From the IMG/VR virus record IMGVR_UViG_3300016471_001132, positions 72,095 to 136,094 of that record: a DNA stretch of 64,000 nt. One strand, written 5' to 3'. The notes beneath the pieces were generated by a model. That model was not told the origin of the DNA, searched no databases, and worked only from the letters and a program-made list of their open reading frames with translations. How positions within the stretch are numbered: the first letter of the stretch is position 1; every line of letters starts with the position of its first letter. The position numbers and the translations under genes are program-made. Origin of the DNA: a virus. This document shows, piece by piece, positions 37,658 through 47,692 of the stretch.

Positions 37658-38754
37658 TTCAAAAGATTTGGGTCGTTCTTTGATATGAGTTTTTTGCTGA
37701 TGTCGCTGTCTAAGATTTGCTTGATCCCATCAGACTTGGACAATCTCAGAAATAACTTGAAAATTTCAATATCTCTCAAAGGCGTAAATGTCAACGTGTT
37801 GCCAAGATGCCAGTGTTGACAATCATTGGCGACAATATTGCACAAATAAGTCGCGAACTTCTCAAAACACATGCTATTCAATTCATCGTCTTTTTCTTGT
37901 TGCTCGAAAAGATTGATGTGTTTGTGCTGCAGGAAATAATCTCTGTGCAAGGTATTCGGATTTTTTTGTAGTTCATCTAGTATATTGGTGCCGTGATACT
38001 TTAACCATAGATTTGCTGTCACTGGACTTCTTAACATGAATTCATCTCCAGGAGCTCCGCTGGACAAGACACAGGGATCTGTCCAATGATGAATCTGACT
38101 GTATCCCCAAAAATTTTGTTTCAAGCGGCATTGGTTACGACACCAAAATTCATCCCACTCCACATGCTGTTGAAAAATCATTTGATATCGATCAGTGCTG
38201 GCCTTGATGTAACTGAAAACCAACATGCTATCAATGCCTCCAGAGCAAAAAACTTTTAGAGGTAATTGATTATGTTGCAGAAATGCTCGAGTGCGGCGCG
38301 TGAGAATATTATGTACTGTGTCAATGAGCTGATCGACTTGCAAAGTTTCTGTTTCGACCTTGCCAATGATGTCTATCTTACGCTCGGACATCTGTAAATC
38401 TTGATCTACACTTATGGTGCTGTCTGCCCATATTGTATATCCTTCTGGGAATAAATTAGACAATGACTTCTGGTCATGCCAAATTGTAAACCCTCTATAG
38501 AGATTGGTCTTGATCTCTATGTTTTTTGATACAATGTCATAATCAAAGATACAAAAATTTCCTGTATGTTCTTGATCCTTTATATAAGACAAACTGTCTT
38601 TGATGTACGAGTCATCTATGTAACCTTTATACACAAAGACATGCCCATCCTGTTCCAGTCTGTGCCAACCTGCATCGGTATTAAGGATGAGATTGCCCAA
38701 TGGATGATGATATGGGAATAACAGATTGGTCGACTTGGACAACGAAAAAAACAT
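37570..38754 (-). CDS. Asparagine synthetase-like ATP pyrophosphatase family protein
   Basis: FCSGGIDS, SGAPGDEFMLR. Confidence 0.7.
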   Translation of the reverse strand: MFFSLSKSTNLLFPYHHPLGNLILNTDAGWHRLEQDGHVFVYKGYIDDSYIKDSLSYIKDQEHTGNFCIFDYDIVSKNIEIKTNLYRGFTIWHDQKSLSNLFPEGYTIWADSTISVDQDLQMSERKIDIIGKVETETLQVDQLIDTVHNILTRRTRAFLQHNQLPLKVFCSGGIDSMLVFSYIKASTDRYQMIFQQHVEWDEFWCRNQCRLKQNFWGYSQIHHWTDPCVLSSGAPGDEFMLRSPVTANLWLKYHGTNILDELQKNPNTLHRDYFLQHKHINLFEQQEKDDELNSMCFEKFATYLCNIVANDCQHWHLGNTLTFTPLRDIEIFKLFLRLSKSDGIKQILDSDISKKLISKNDPNLLNYISDSKNSEETLSNMVGLMSKYLANSGQ

Positions 38755-39344
38755 TATTTGTCTCTTGACGATATTACCTGATCAGCCAGTCCATACTCCA
38801 CAGACTGTTGGGCAGTCATGAAGTTGTCTCGTTCCATGTCCGCTTTCAATTCTTCGTGTGTTTTGCCCGTGTGCCGCACATAGATATCAGTGAGCACTTG
38901 TTTCCACCGTAGCAATTCACGAGCTTGAATCTCAACATCAGTGGCCTGGCCTGACGCACCGCCTAGGGGTTGATGGATCATGTGCCTGGCATTGGGAAGT
39001 ATTTGACGATGCCCTTTTTCTCCTGCTGCCGCCAACAATGAGCCCATACTTGCTGCCTGGCCCATGACTATGGTATGCACTGGGCACTTGATGAATTGCA
39101 TGGTGTCGTAGATGCTCATACCAGCTGTGACGCTTCCACCTGGGCTGTTGATGTAAAAATGGATGGCTCGATCAGGATCTTCTGATTCTAAAAACAGCAT
39201 CTGCGCCACGACCAAACTGGCTGTGTGTTGATTGACTTCACCGTCCAGCATGATGATCCTGTCGCGTAGCAAACGACTGTAGATATCATAACTGCGTTCG
39301 CCCTTGGAAGTGTGTTCTAAAACGATTGGCACTAGATTTGGCAT
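38754..39344 (-). CDS. clpP: ATP-dependent Clp protease proteolytic subunit
   Basis: [37 protein letters not shown]. Confidence 0.97.
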   Translation of the reverse strand: MPNLVPIVLEHTSKGERSYDIYSRLLRDRIIMLDGEVNQHTASLVVAQMLFLESEDPDRAIHFYINSPGGSVTAGMSIYDTMQFIKCPVHTIVMGQAASMGSLLAAAGEKGHRQILPNARHMIHQPLGGASGQATDVEIQARELLRWKQVLTDIYVRHTGKTHEELKADMERDNFMTAQQSVEYGLADQVISSRDK

Positions 39345-40333
39345 TGTATTCCTTGTTGTACTTTGGTTTGTATTTGTTGCACATATCGATCAAACTGCTG
39401 TCTATTGTATTGTATCTTGGGTTGCAAGTCAACTAATTTCTTTTGGAAATAACTCACTGGTTGCCGGCATAAGATCTGCAAAAACGGAACCATGTTGTGA
39501 TAGGATGCGAGATCCAAATCTGTGATGTCTTGGAAGTCCAGCACATAAGTCTCGAATCCTCTCTGGGTCAACCAAGGTACAGCACCGTCTCGGGCATAGA
39601 CCAAGAATGGTCTCAAGCCCAAGATGGGCTTGTAGATCTTTTCGCTGACAAATCTAGTTTTGCGTAAATTGAACTGTGTTTCTGTGATCACGTCCAAGAA
39701 AATCCTGCGCCAGTTGTCAGGGTGGCCCAGACTCATGATGTCGTTGACGATACCAGTTTGCTCAATGCCGGGGTTGGGATTGAGATTGAGATCCGATACA
39801 CCTGTGTCCTGCGGTAACAATCTCTGCGCCGGTTCTCCGTCTTGTCTGGAACCCATGCTGACCAAACCTTGGTCCACGACTCCAGCTGCGACCATGGCAT
39901 CGTACAACTGTTGGCGATGGTGGTGAGGTTTTCTATTTAGGCACATAAACGGCGTATCTATGGCTGTGGCATCCGACAGATCGCCATGAGGTACCCTTAG
40001 CCATCGATCCACGGCCAAGGCCCAGAAATCTATTTCGTCCGGGCCAGCATAGTACCCCACGGATCTGATATCATCAGCAAATGGCTGGAATCGGTCGGCG
40101 TGGCAATTGGCTGCATCTATCATAGCCACGAGCACTATGCGATCAGGTCTGCTTGCTTCCAGGGCTTGCACAGTCTGTGCATGTGCCCAATCGCTGTACC
40201 AGGTGTTATTGACGATGACCGTAGAGGATGAATCCTCTGCGAAAGGGCGCAAATAAGCGGCCAGTATTTCGGCTTCGAACTTTTTTGTCTCTAATTCAGG
40301 ACCCCACCCATAATCATAAGTTTTTGTTATCAT
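39332..40333 (-). CDS. Putative glycosyltransferase-like protein (xEKxxKPI family)
   Basis: [31 protein letters not shown]. Confidence 0.55.
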   Translation of the reverse strand: MITKTYDYGWGPELETKKFEAEILAAYLRPFAEDSSSTVIVNNTWYSDWAHAQTVQALEASRPDRIVLVAMIDAANCHADRFQPFADDIRSVGYYAGPDEIDFWALAVDRWLRVPHGDLSDATAIDTPFMCLNRKPHHHRQQLYDAMVAAGVVDQGLVSMGSRQDGEPAQRLLPQDTGVSDLNLNPNPGIEQTGIVNDIMSLGHPDNWRRIFLDVITETQFNLRKTRFVSEKIYKPILGLRPFLVYARDGAVPWLTQRGFETYVLDFQDITDLDLASYHNMVPFLQILCRQPVSYFQKKLVDLQPKIQYNRQQFDRYVQQIQTKVQQGIQCQI

Positions 40334-41301
40334 CTGCGCCACTCTTTTATTTCTTCTAATATATTTCTATTGTATCGTGCGATTTCACTGGCTCTTTCCG
40401 ACATCGCTGGTTGTATGTCCTGCATGGTCTGCCACATGGCTCGCCAGCGATCTGGCCCTTCCAGGTTATCATAACTTTCGTCCCAATGATCACTGTAAGT
40501 TTTGAAACCATGGAGATCGCGCAATCTACTCAGGAAATTTTTTGGCCCATAGACCAATATGGGTTTTTCAGCCATGATGGGCCTGGCAGTTTTTTCGGTG
40601 GGGAAGAAAGAGTCCCCACGGGTGTAAGTTTCAGGAACTATCTCTATGCGGAACCGGGGATAGAAATCCAGTATGGTCTTGTTTGTCTCGGGCCGTTCAA
40701 CGAACCTACGATATTGGTCAGTGATCTTTTTGCCGTCCAAGCTGGCCAATCGTATATCGTGCCGCCACTGTAGGAAGCCCTGGATTTGATTTGGCGTGAC
40801 CCATTCACTGACTTCTTCTTGATCATATCGCTGGATACCCATGGAATTGTTCATCATACTGAATAAAAACCGGTGTGGTTGTTCCAAGCAATCCCGCAAT
40901 ATCATGTCTCGTGCCACTGTGCGACGACCGATAAACAGCCCAAATAGCCGAGCATCTGGGTGTAATGCTGGAGTATCGCGCCAGTAATCTCGCAGCAAAT
41001 CGCCCGACAAAAAATGGCTGCGAAATGGCTGATTGTGTTGTCTGGTGGCGTTGATGTTTTCAAATGGTGTGTGTTCTACCACATTGGGATTGTTGACCAG
41101 TTTTATGGAGCCTACTGACCTGCCTGTTTGATCACAGATGGCCAGTAATCTCTCAACGATGCCCGCAGCAGTGACACTGACACCCTCGGCTTGGAAATCA
41201 AGATAAATGTCTTCTGATATGTCTGCGCTCCGTACGAGATCTTCGACTTCCTGGGGGTTGGTCCAATAATCGCCAAATAGGGTTATGGGTATAGTCAACA
41301 T
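40330..41301 (-). CDS. Putative glycosyltransferase-like protein (xEKxxKPI family)
   Basis: IVPET, TEKTARPI, GFKTYSDHWDESYD; TAAGTA 6 nt before ATG. Confidence 0.55.
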   Translation of the reverse strand: MLTIPITLFGDYWTNPQEVEDLVRSADISEDIYLDFQAEGVSVTAAGIVERLLAICDQTGRSVGSIKLVNNPNVVEHTPFENINATRQHNQPFRSHFLSGDLLRDYWRDTPALHPDARLFGLFIGRRTVARDMILRDCLEQPHRFLFSMMNNSMGIQRYDQEEVSEWVTPNQIQGFLQWRHDIRLASLDGKKITDQYRRFVERPETNKTILDFYPRFRIEIVPETYTRGDSFFPTEKTARPIMAEKPILVYGPKNFLSRLRDLHGFKTYSDHWDESYDNLEGPDRWRAMWQTMQDIQPAMSERASEIARYNRNILEEIKEWRR

Positions 41302-41329
41302 ACCTTCTACTTACCGCGGTAAATACAGG

Positions 41330-42862
41330 ATGCGTGACATATTAGACAAACTCGACGGCATCACAGAAGCCACTCTGGAACCCAGCCAGATCATCAAATA
41401 CCCTGAACGATTTGATGCATTCATTTCACACATACAAGACCGACGCCCTTTTTACACTGACAAAGAAGGCACCGAAGTGATACTGGATCCCAGAGAAGCA
41501 GCACGATTCTTAGATCTCCGTGAAAAAGGTCTTTTCCGGGGCGGTCTCAAAGGTCGAGATCTCCAGGGGAACGAATGGCCACTTAGCAGTTTCCGCAAAA
41601 CAGCTGAATTCGGTGGTGCCAGCGCCAAGCCCGGTGAAGAAACTGATCCCACTAAAGTCAAAAAAGAAGGAGCTGCTCTCAAGCCGAGCCAGATAGCTAT
41701 CACTGATAAAAACATACCTATCAAAAGCCTGGGCAAACTCATAGTGCAAAATCCTGTATTAGAAAGCACCGATTACGGTCGTGCTGTGATTGAGATGGCA
41801 CAGCAGATCATGGCCGGGCAGGCTGCAGTGATCCCTGAAGAATTCCGCAAGAACGAGCAAATCAAAAAAGCCATCGTGGACTATGCAGGTGAATATCTAG
41901 GAGTGATGAGTCTGTACTATGACACTTCTGAGTGGTTAGGCAGTGGAGATAAAAAAGCTGGATTTACTCAGTGGTTGGGAGGCGACATTGGTAGTTTAAT
42001 AGTAAACTTTCCCAGCGAGTCTAATACTGCGCTGGCCGATAGCTTCGCTGAAATCAAAAATGCCAAAACTGGCCATACCGTGTCGATCTCAAGTAAAGGT
42101 ACCGGAGGAGGTGCACCACCAAGCATATCAAGCCTAAAAGTTCCAGAACATCTCAAAAGCAAACCCGAATACGAAACTGCCATCGACATCATAGAGCTTT
42201 GTAGCAACAAGTCGATCCCCAATCCTAAGACCATAAGCCAAGTATTTCTAATGATGAACCTGCTGCATGAACGCATCCCTAATAAGATACCCAAACAATT
42301 CAATAAATTCTTGCCATGGTCGCGCGATATCGTAGATCAGGTACAAAACAGTCTCAAGAACGGTACGGCCATGCCCAAATACCAAAGCCTCTTTGCTGAC
42401 CTTGACAGCAAAGGCAGCGACGGTGGCAAACTCACTTATGTGACCAAGACCGCAGTGATGAACATGGTCAACGGTGGTGAAGTTCCTGGATTCGAAGCAG
42501 TGGTCTTAGAGATACTAGATTATAACTTCATACAACAGTATGCCACTTATCAAGGCAACAAGACCGGAATAGTGGCTTTCAGCACACAGTGGCCAGCCAA
42601 GCTCGATGGTCGTGTGACCATGGAAAGCAAGAGCGGTGGCACCGATCCTACCAAAGGCGGGTTCAGTTTCAAGCTCAGCCCCAAGAATGCACCTATGCCC
42701 ACAGCGGACGAACTCATGGGCGACGATGAGAAACTAGACTTGCCCACTGCTAGTGCCGGGCCCGAAGGTGATCTGTCTGATTACGAGGCACCGAGACCAA
42801 CAATAAAAGCTCGTAGAGAGCCTCGGGGTGATGTTAGTGCCCTAGGACGCAAACGTCGTTAA
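41330..42862 (+). CDS. Late protein with putative PD-(D/E)xK nuclease-like core (510 aa)
   Basis: NTALADSF...VSISSKG; TAAATA 4 nt before ATG; N-terminus MRDILDKLDGITEA. Confidence 0.6.
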   Translation: MRDILDKLDGITEATLEPSQIIKYPERFDAFISHIQDRRPFYTDKEGTEVILDPREAARFLDLREKGLFRGGLKGRDLQGNEWPLSSFRKTAEFGGASAKPGEETDPTKVKKEGAALKPSQIAITDKNIPIKSLGKLIVQNPVLESTDYGRAVIEMAQQIMAGQAAVIPEEFRKNEQIKKAIVDYAGEYLGVMSLYYDTSEWLGSGDKKAGFTQWLGGDIGSLIVNFPSESNTALADSFAEIKNAKTGHTVSISSKGTGGGAPPSISSLKVPEHLKSKPEYETAIDIIELCSNKSIPNPKTISQVFLMMNLLHERIPNKIPKQFNKFLPWSRDIVDQVQNSLKNGTAMPKYQSLFADLDSKGSDGGKLTYVTKTAVMNMVNGGEVPGFEAVVLEILDYNFIQQYATYQGNKTGIVAFSTQWPAKLDGRVTMESKSGGTDPTKGGFSFKLSPKNAPMPTADELMGDDEKLDLPTASAGPEGDLSDYEAPRPTIKARREPRGDVSALGRKRR

Positions 42863-43434
42863 GCAAGGTCGGCCACTGCGTCGCAGATATTATACTGCAA
42901 CGCTTCATCTGCTGACAGATAAACATCCTGTGGTGGCAGCAATACCTTCTTGATAGTATCATCATCTAGCCCAGTAGTGATGCGATAGTGCTCGACCATG
43001 CGTTTTTCAATCAACTGGAACTCTTTAACAGTGGCAAATAATTCATGCGATTTGCCTTTGCTGCCCCACGAAAACTGGTGGCTTAGGATAGAAGTGTTGG
43101 GAGTGAGTATTCTACGACCCTGGGAACCTGTCAGGAAGATCAACAGTCCAGAACTGGCAATAGATCCCAATCCCACAGTCTTGATGGGTATCTTGCTGGA
43201 TCGCATGACATCAATCAGGGCAAACGCATCTTCAAGACTGCCGCCGTCACTGCAGATCATCAGCAGGAGTTCTTTGTATTTTTTCTTGCGTACATGATTT
43301 TCGTGCAGGATCCATTCGATCACGGGTTTCACAGAATCAGAATCAATGTCGTTCATGAGCACATAGATGCCATGGTCCAGCAGGGCCTCGCCTGGGGTAG
43401 CATATTCTATTGAGCTTTTGTCAGGTGTGTTCAT
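42859..43434 (-). CDS. Second ClpP-like protease
   Basis: ICSDGG, GSIASSG, ILSHQ, DVYLSADEAL; catalytic S/H/D positions retained. Confidence 0.85.
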   Translation of the reverse strand: MNTPDKSSIEYATPGEALLDHGIYVLMNDIDSDSVKPVIEWILHENHVRKKKYKELLLMICSDGGSLEDAFALIDVMRSSKIPIKTVGLGSIASSGLLIFLTGSQGRRILTPNTSILSHQFSWGSKGKSHELFATVKEFQLIEKRMVEHYRITTGLDDDTIKKVLLPPQDVYLSADEALQYNICDAVADLA

Positions 43435-43510
43435 AGGGCGATGAAGTGTTCGAGTAAAGTATGTAGATTATAAAGCACTTTTTGAAATGCTTCTACTACT
43501 TATCATGCCA

Positions 43511-44557
43511 TTATCTAGGGCATTGATTACCCGGAACCGCAGTGACTTCTGCCCGATCGATGTTTTGTATGGCCAGATTCTGTGTATTGACCAGCAAATT
43601 ATAGGTTTTCCTGTGACCAGGCAGCAATTTCACACGTCCACCGCCCACTTCTACATAGTACCAAGGAGCGTAGGAACTCTGGCTTATTTCTGGTAGATCA
43701 AAACAGTCGCGATACACAGCCCGACCCGCAGAATCCATCAAACTCATCATCAGCATGGGACGCACAGAGACCATGGCTTTGTCAAAAATCCAATAGGTAG
43801 TCTCGTCATCGAAATAGGCTTTTTCACTGCCTATCATGACTTCTAGCCTGGCACGGCAATTGGACAGCCAGCTGTTGCAATCCGGGCGTGGATTCACCGT
43901 CTTGACTGCTTCAGCCAAGCTGGCGGTAAACTTGGAATTCCATGCCACATGTACCGGGACCTGCAGGAAGACCACTCTGTTGTCGGCCAAGACCCGAGTC
44001 TGCCCCACCGAGATGTCAAACGCTCGAGCAGGAAAATCAGCCAACACCGCTGACAGCACACGATCTGCACCTTGTTTCTCTCTGTGGAAACTGTCGATCT
44101 GTGCGGATATCCTGCCACCTTCCACACGTCCAGCGTCACGACTCTCGCTTAACAGCCGATCTGCTATGCCAGATTTTCGCACCCACACATCGATGTCGAT
44201 TGAGACCCGCTGCCCATCATACTGGCGATCCACGATCTTGAAATCGTGTATGTGACCGGAACTGTAGTTGATGATCTCGTTACGGCGCACTTCACCATCT
44301 CTGACATTGGTATGGCTCAGTAGTAGGCTACCCACAGCCTGTTCCACTGCCAATCGGAAGGCTTGATCTCTGGCATCTTGCTCGTCTCGCCCCACTGCAC
44401 GGACCCGGACATGATAGACTTCTTCTCTGTCCATCATGACCCATTGGCCGATCTGCAAAACTATGGTCAACGGGCTGGGAGCCCAGAAGGACGGAGCAGC
44501 CTGCACAGGTGATGCCAGAAGACCAGCTATCACCAAGGCACACAAACCACGCTTCAT
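43511..44557 (-). CDS. Exported protein with LPP20-like N-terminal region
   Basis: Signal peptide; ARDQAFRLAVEQAVG. Confidence 0.65.
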   Translation of the reverse strand: MKRGLCALVIAGLLASPVQAAPSFWAPSPLTIVLQIGQWVMMDREEVYHVRVRAVGRDEQDARDQAFRLAVEQAVGSLLLSHTNVRDGEVRRNEIINYSSGHIHDFKIVDRQYDGQRVSIDIDVWVRKSGIADRLLSESRDAGRVEGGRISAQIDSFHREKQGADRVLSAVLADFPARAFDISVGQTRVLADNRVVFLQVPVHVAWNSKFTASLAEAVKTVNPRPDCNSWLSNCRARLEVMIGSEKAYFDDETTYWIFDKAMVSVRPMLMMSLMDSAGRAVYRDCFDLPEISQSSYAPWYYVEVGGGRVKLLPGHRKTYNLLVNTQNLAIQNIDRAEVTAVPGNQCPR

Positions 44558-45195
44558 CACTTCATCCGGTTGCGGATGAATTCAGCGGTGGCCTGGTCTT
44601 TCTCGCTCCATTGATACACTGCTACATACAACTTGCCGTCATCTCTGGTACCCTCACGGATTTTGCGTACACCAATGAGCCGACCCTGTGAAGTGATTGA
44701 CGTGATAGTGGTGATCACGGTATTGTCTACACGCTCTGCGATGCGCCTGCTGGTGTTGTCAGATGAGCCGCTGGCATCTTGGCTAAGTTCAGCTTCTGTG
44801 AAACTGATGGTACCATCGGCGGTCTTGAACTTGTTGAGAGTGTTGTCTTGGGCTTTTTCCAGGGCCTTGCCGATGATCTTGATCCGTCGTTCGGTCTTGG
44901 TATTGTCGCCATACAAGAACTGTGTGAGCTTGGCTTTGGCATCTAGTTCAGCCACCACAGCAAACTGCCCTTTCCAGGCCGGTGCCACGCCCGTGACTTC
45001 GATCCGATCCAGATTACCCATGAGGGTGTAATAGATTTTGACGCCGGCATCTTCAAATTCCGTGGCCACTCGCTGATCCTTGACGGGTGTGGTGGTGTCA
45101 CTAGGTGGTGTCATCCCAGTCTGGGTATTTTTATTGAACACACCACAACCCGTCAAGGCAGTGGTCAGAGCCAAACATACCAATGTCTTCTTCAT
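44557..45195 (-). CDS. Lipoprotein
   Basis: Lipobox LTGC. Confidence 0.8.
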   Translation of the reverse strand: MKKTLVCLALTTALTGCGVFNKNTQTGMTPPSDTTTPVKDQRVATEFEDAGVKIYYTLMGNLDRIEVTGVAPAWKGQFAVVAELDAKAKLTQFLYGDNTKTERRIKIIGKALEKAQDNTLNKFKTADGTISFTEAELSQDASGSSDNTSRRIAERVDNTVITTITSITSQGRLIGVRKIREGTRDDGKLYVAVYQWSEKDQATAEFIRNRMK

Positions 45196-45323
45196 TGTCT
45201 TCCCTTTCCGGCTATCATGCCGCCTACACTTTTGAGATCATCACCGGCACCCGATAGAGCACCGCCCAAGGTACCACAAGCCGTCAAGGCCATGGTGACC
45301 AGCAATACAGATAGATACTTCAT
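45192..45323 (-). CDS. 43-aa entericidin-like lipoprotein (not in track)
   Basis: MKYLSVLLVTMALTACGTLGGALSGAGDDLKSVG; lipobox LTAC; SD GGAGG; early promoter at 45353-45382. Confidence 0.7.
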   Translation of the reverse strand: MKYLSVLLVTMALTACGTLGGALSGAGDDLKSVGGMIAGKGRQ

Positions 45324-45386
45324 CGGGTCCTCCGACTTTTGAACATAGTGTAATATTAAAGGAAATGACTTTATTGGTCAACCAGC

Positions 45387-45797
45387 CTATCGCTGGGCAT
45401 TTTGGGCAGCATCGCCTATAGGATCAAATTGGACACCTTGTGCTACCAAATTCACAGCAGTGGAACCTATCACTTCGGCCGCTATTCGTCGGTCGCTTTT
45501 GGCTTCTCCACCACAGTTTTGGGCGATTCGTCTAGCGTCAAGATGATCTTTGGTTTCCATTCCGGCATTTCCAACCAAAACAGGAATTAGTAGTGTGCCG
45601 CCGCTGGCTATCACTGCCAATGGACTGGCGATCATACGCATCATTTTATAGTCGTCGTTGGGTTTGGCTTCCTTCACCGGAAGCTGACATTTCAGAGTGC
45701 GATAGTCATCATTGTGTTGCAGGCTTTGCGCGGTACGAGTGCTATGGCTAGCACAGCCGGTTAGAATCAAAAGAGGTAAAAGAAAAATCCCACGCAT
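45387..45797 (-). CDS. Lipoprotein (apparently leaderless)
   Basis: MRGIFLLPLLILTGC; promoter TTGACA-18-TATAAT at 45804-45833, ATG 6 nt downstream. Confidence 0.8.
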   Translation of the reverse strand: MRGIFLLPLLILTGCASHSTRTAQSLQHNDDYRTLKCQLPVKEAKPNDDYKMMRMIASPLAVIASGGTLLIPVLVGNAGMETKDHLDARRIAQNCGGEAKSDRRIAAEVIGSTAVNLVAQGVQFDPIGDAAQNAQR

Positions 45798-45840
45798 ACT
45801 GTAATTATAGTATGGGTGGGATTGGATTGTCAACCGCTAT

Positions 45841-46074
45841 TTAGATAGCGATGGCTTTGCGAACAGCTTCAGCGTAGGCCTTGACAGCGGCGTTTTGTGC
45901 CCGGGCGAACTCCATCGAAGCTTCAGCAACGGCTTCAGCAGCAGCTTTGGCTTTGGCATCGGTAATGTAACCGATGGCTGTTTTGGTGTTCTTTTCTACT
46001 TCGGCCAGCATTTTGTCGGCGTCGAAGAGTTTGGCAGCGTCAAATTTAGAAAAATCGATTTTGGTGAAGTCCAT
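45841..46074 (-). CDS. Phasin-like amphipathic helical protein (77 aa)
   Basis: Ala-rich amphipathic helices with no Trp/Cys; SD AAGGA; family call is inference. Confidence 0.5.
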   Translation of the reverse strand: MDFTKIDFSKFDAAKLFDADKMLAEVEKNTKTAIGYITDAKAKAAAEAVAEASMEFARAQNAAVKAYAEAVRKAIAI

Positions 46075-46080
46075 TTTAGT

Positions 46081-46132
46081 TTCCTTAGTTAAGCGAACTA
46101 CAGAATTGGATGCCCGCCCCATGCGGCACATC
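46081..46132 (-). promoter_or_regulatory. Bulged-G hairpin leader plus GCUUAAC-N-AAGGA motif
   Basis: GAUGU-G-CCGC-AUGGG-GCGG-GCAUC; same architecture as the hsp20 leader. Confidence 0.6.
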
Positions 46133-46149
46133 ATGTTCTGATTGTAACA

Positions 46150-46166
46150 TATATATTGCGTTGCAA
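46150..46166 (-). promoter_or_regulatory. TTGC-N3-GCAA box abutting a TATATA late-promoter variant
   Basis: Minus strand TTGTTGCAACGCAATATATA. Confidence 0.55.
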
Positions 46167-46243
46167 CAATAGTTATCTACGCATATTATTACCAAACCAT
46201 TGGATTTTGGCTAAGTAGTTTTACCAAAAACGGAGGAATCAAA

Positions 46244-46624
46244 ATGGCCTGGACCGCTACCCTAAACATCGTCAACGATACAGCATACAATCTCACAGTA
46301 AACCACAACACCGTGGGCGATCTCACTACCATCGCTCCCGGCGGCAACTGGAGCTACACCACATCTGATCCCAACAACACCAACGCTCTGCGTTTTTGGT
46401 CTGTGCCCAATCAGTGGTACATGCAGGGTTCAGTGGCCTATGGTCCATTGGCCGGTGTGTACATGGATCGTGGCTGGATGGCCCCAAACGATCAGACCAT
46501 CCGCTTGGATGCTGATGTCAACGGGACCACTTTCACTCAGACGGAGAACGGTGGTGCAACGGTGGTGCCTTGGAACGGATTCGAATCCGGTGGCACCATC
46601 GACATGAAGTTTTCCAAGATTTGA
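46244..46624 (+). CDS. All-beta 126-aa protein, possibly aegerolysin/lectin-like
   Basis: SD GGAGG; TAAGTA upstream; IVNDTAYNL...IAPGG pattern. Confidence 0.7.
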   Translation: MAWTATLNIVNDTAYNLTVNHNTVGDLTTIAPGGNWSYTTSDPNNTNALRFWSVPNQWYMQGSVAYGPLAGVYMDRGWMAPNDQTIRLDADVNGTTFTQTENGGATVVPWNGFESGGTIDMKFSKI

Positions 46625-46640
46625 CGGTAAATACTAGACT

Positions 46641-46988
46641 ATGAACATCCGCGAAGTCTTAGACAAGTTGGACGAAATTAGCCGTAGAGATTTCCTCAAA
46701 GGTGCTGGTGCGGCAGCAGCTGGTGCTGCTCTATCTTCGATGCCGAAAAGAGCTCAAGCCATGACTTCGGCAAATTGTCAACCTCCCAGTATCCAGGACC
46801 AGATACGCAATGCCGTGCGATCGGGTGCAGTACCTCAAGGTAATCGTTATTCGGCTCAGGTCAGAGCCGGATGGGTTTATGTTGTCTATGTCGACAATAA
46901 AACCTATGACATCAGTCACCAGATTCCTCAATGCGGCAAACAAACCATGAAGGCCGCGGAGGAAATAGGCAGACTGATGGGTAATTAA
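46641..46988 (+). CDS. Late protein with twin-arginine signal
   Basis: SRRDFLKG, hydrophobic stretch, AQA; TAAATA 7 nt before ATG. Confidence 0.8.
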   Translation: MNIREVLDKLDEISRRDFLKGAGAAAAGAALSSMPKRAQAMTSANCQPPSIQDQIRNAVRSGAVPQGNRYSAQVRAGWVYVVYVDNKTYDISHQIPQCGKQTMKAAEEIGRLMGN

Positions 46989-47692
46989 ACCGTCCGGACC
47001 TGGGCCAAGCCTAGTTCTTCCAGCCTGCGAATGTAGAAGTAGCCTAGATCAAACTCCCACCACTTTTGACTGAGTTTCGCACTGGCTGGATCGTCGTGAT
47101 GGTTGTTGTGTAATTCTTCACCACCGATGATGATGCCCCAAGGAAAAATGTTGCGGCTACAATCCTTGGTGTTGGTGTTGCGATAGCCCCACCAGTGTCC
47201 CACACCATTGACCACACCTGCGGCCCAGAATGGAATCCAAGCCATCTGCACCAACCACATGACCAGTCCCCAGCCATTGAACAGAGCCACTTGGATGATC
47301 AACAAAGACAAGTATCCCATGTTGGGATAACGGCTATAGACATTACGCTCTATCCAGTCATCGGGCGTGCCTTTGCCGTACTGCTCGATCATCTTCTTAT
47401 TGCGTGTAGCGTTGGCATATAACCAAGCACCAGCGAACAACACTTTGAGGATACCATGCACCTGTGGGCTGTGTGGATCTTGTCGTGTTTCGCAGGCCTG
47501 ATGATGCTTGCGATGTATGGCCACCCATTCTTTGGTGACCATTCCAGTAGTGAGCCATAACCAGAAACGCATAAAGTGACTGATTGCAGGATGAAGTTCC
47601 ACTGCTCGGTGTGCTTGGCTCCTGTGTAGGAAAATGGTTACACTTGCGATAGTGATGTGTGTCATCACTAATACGATTACTAATTCTAACAT
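46985..47692 (-). CDS. Membrane fatty-acid (delta-9-like) desaturase
   Basis: His boxes HRSQAH, HRKHH, ELHNNHH; GHWWG; WWEFDLG. Confidence 0.93.
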   Translation of the reverse strand: MLELVIVLVMTHITIASVTIFLHRSQAHRAVELHPAISHFMRFWLWLTTGMVTKEWVAIHRKHHQACETRQDPHSPQVHGILKVLFAGAWLYANATRNKKMIEQYGKGTPDDWIERNVYSRYPNMGYLSLLIIQVALFNGWGLVMWLVQMAWIPFWAAGVVNGVGHWWGYRNTNTKDCSRNIFPWGIIIGGEELHNNHHDDPASAKLSQKWWEFDLGYFYIRRLEELGLAQVRTV

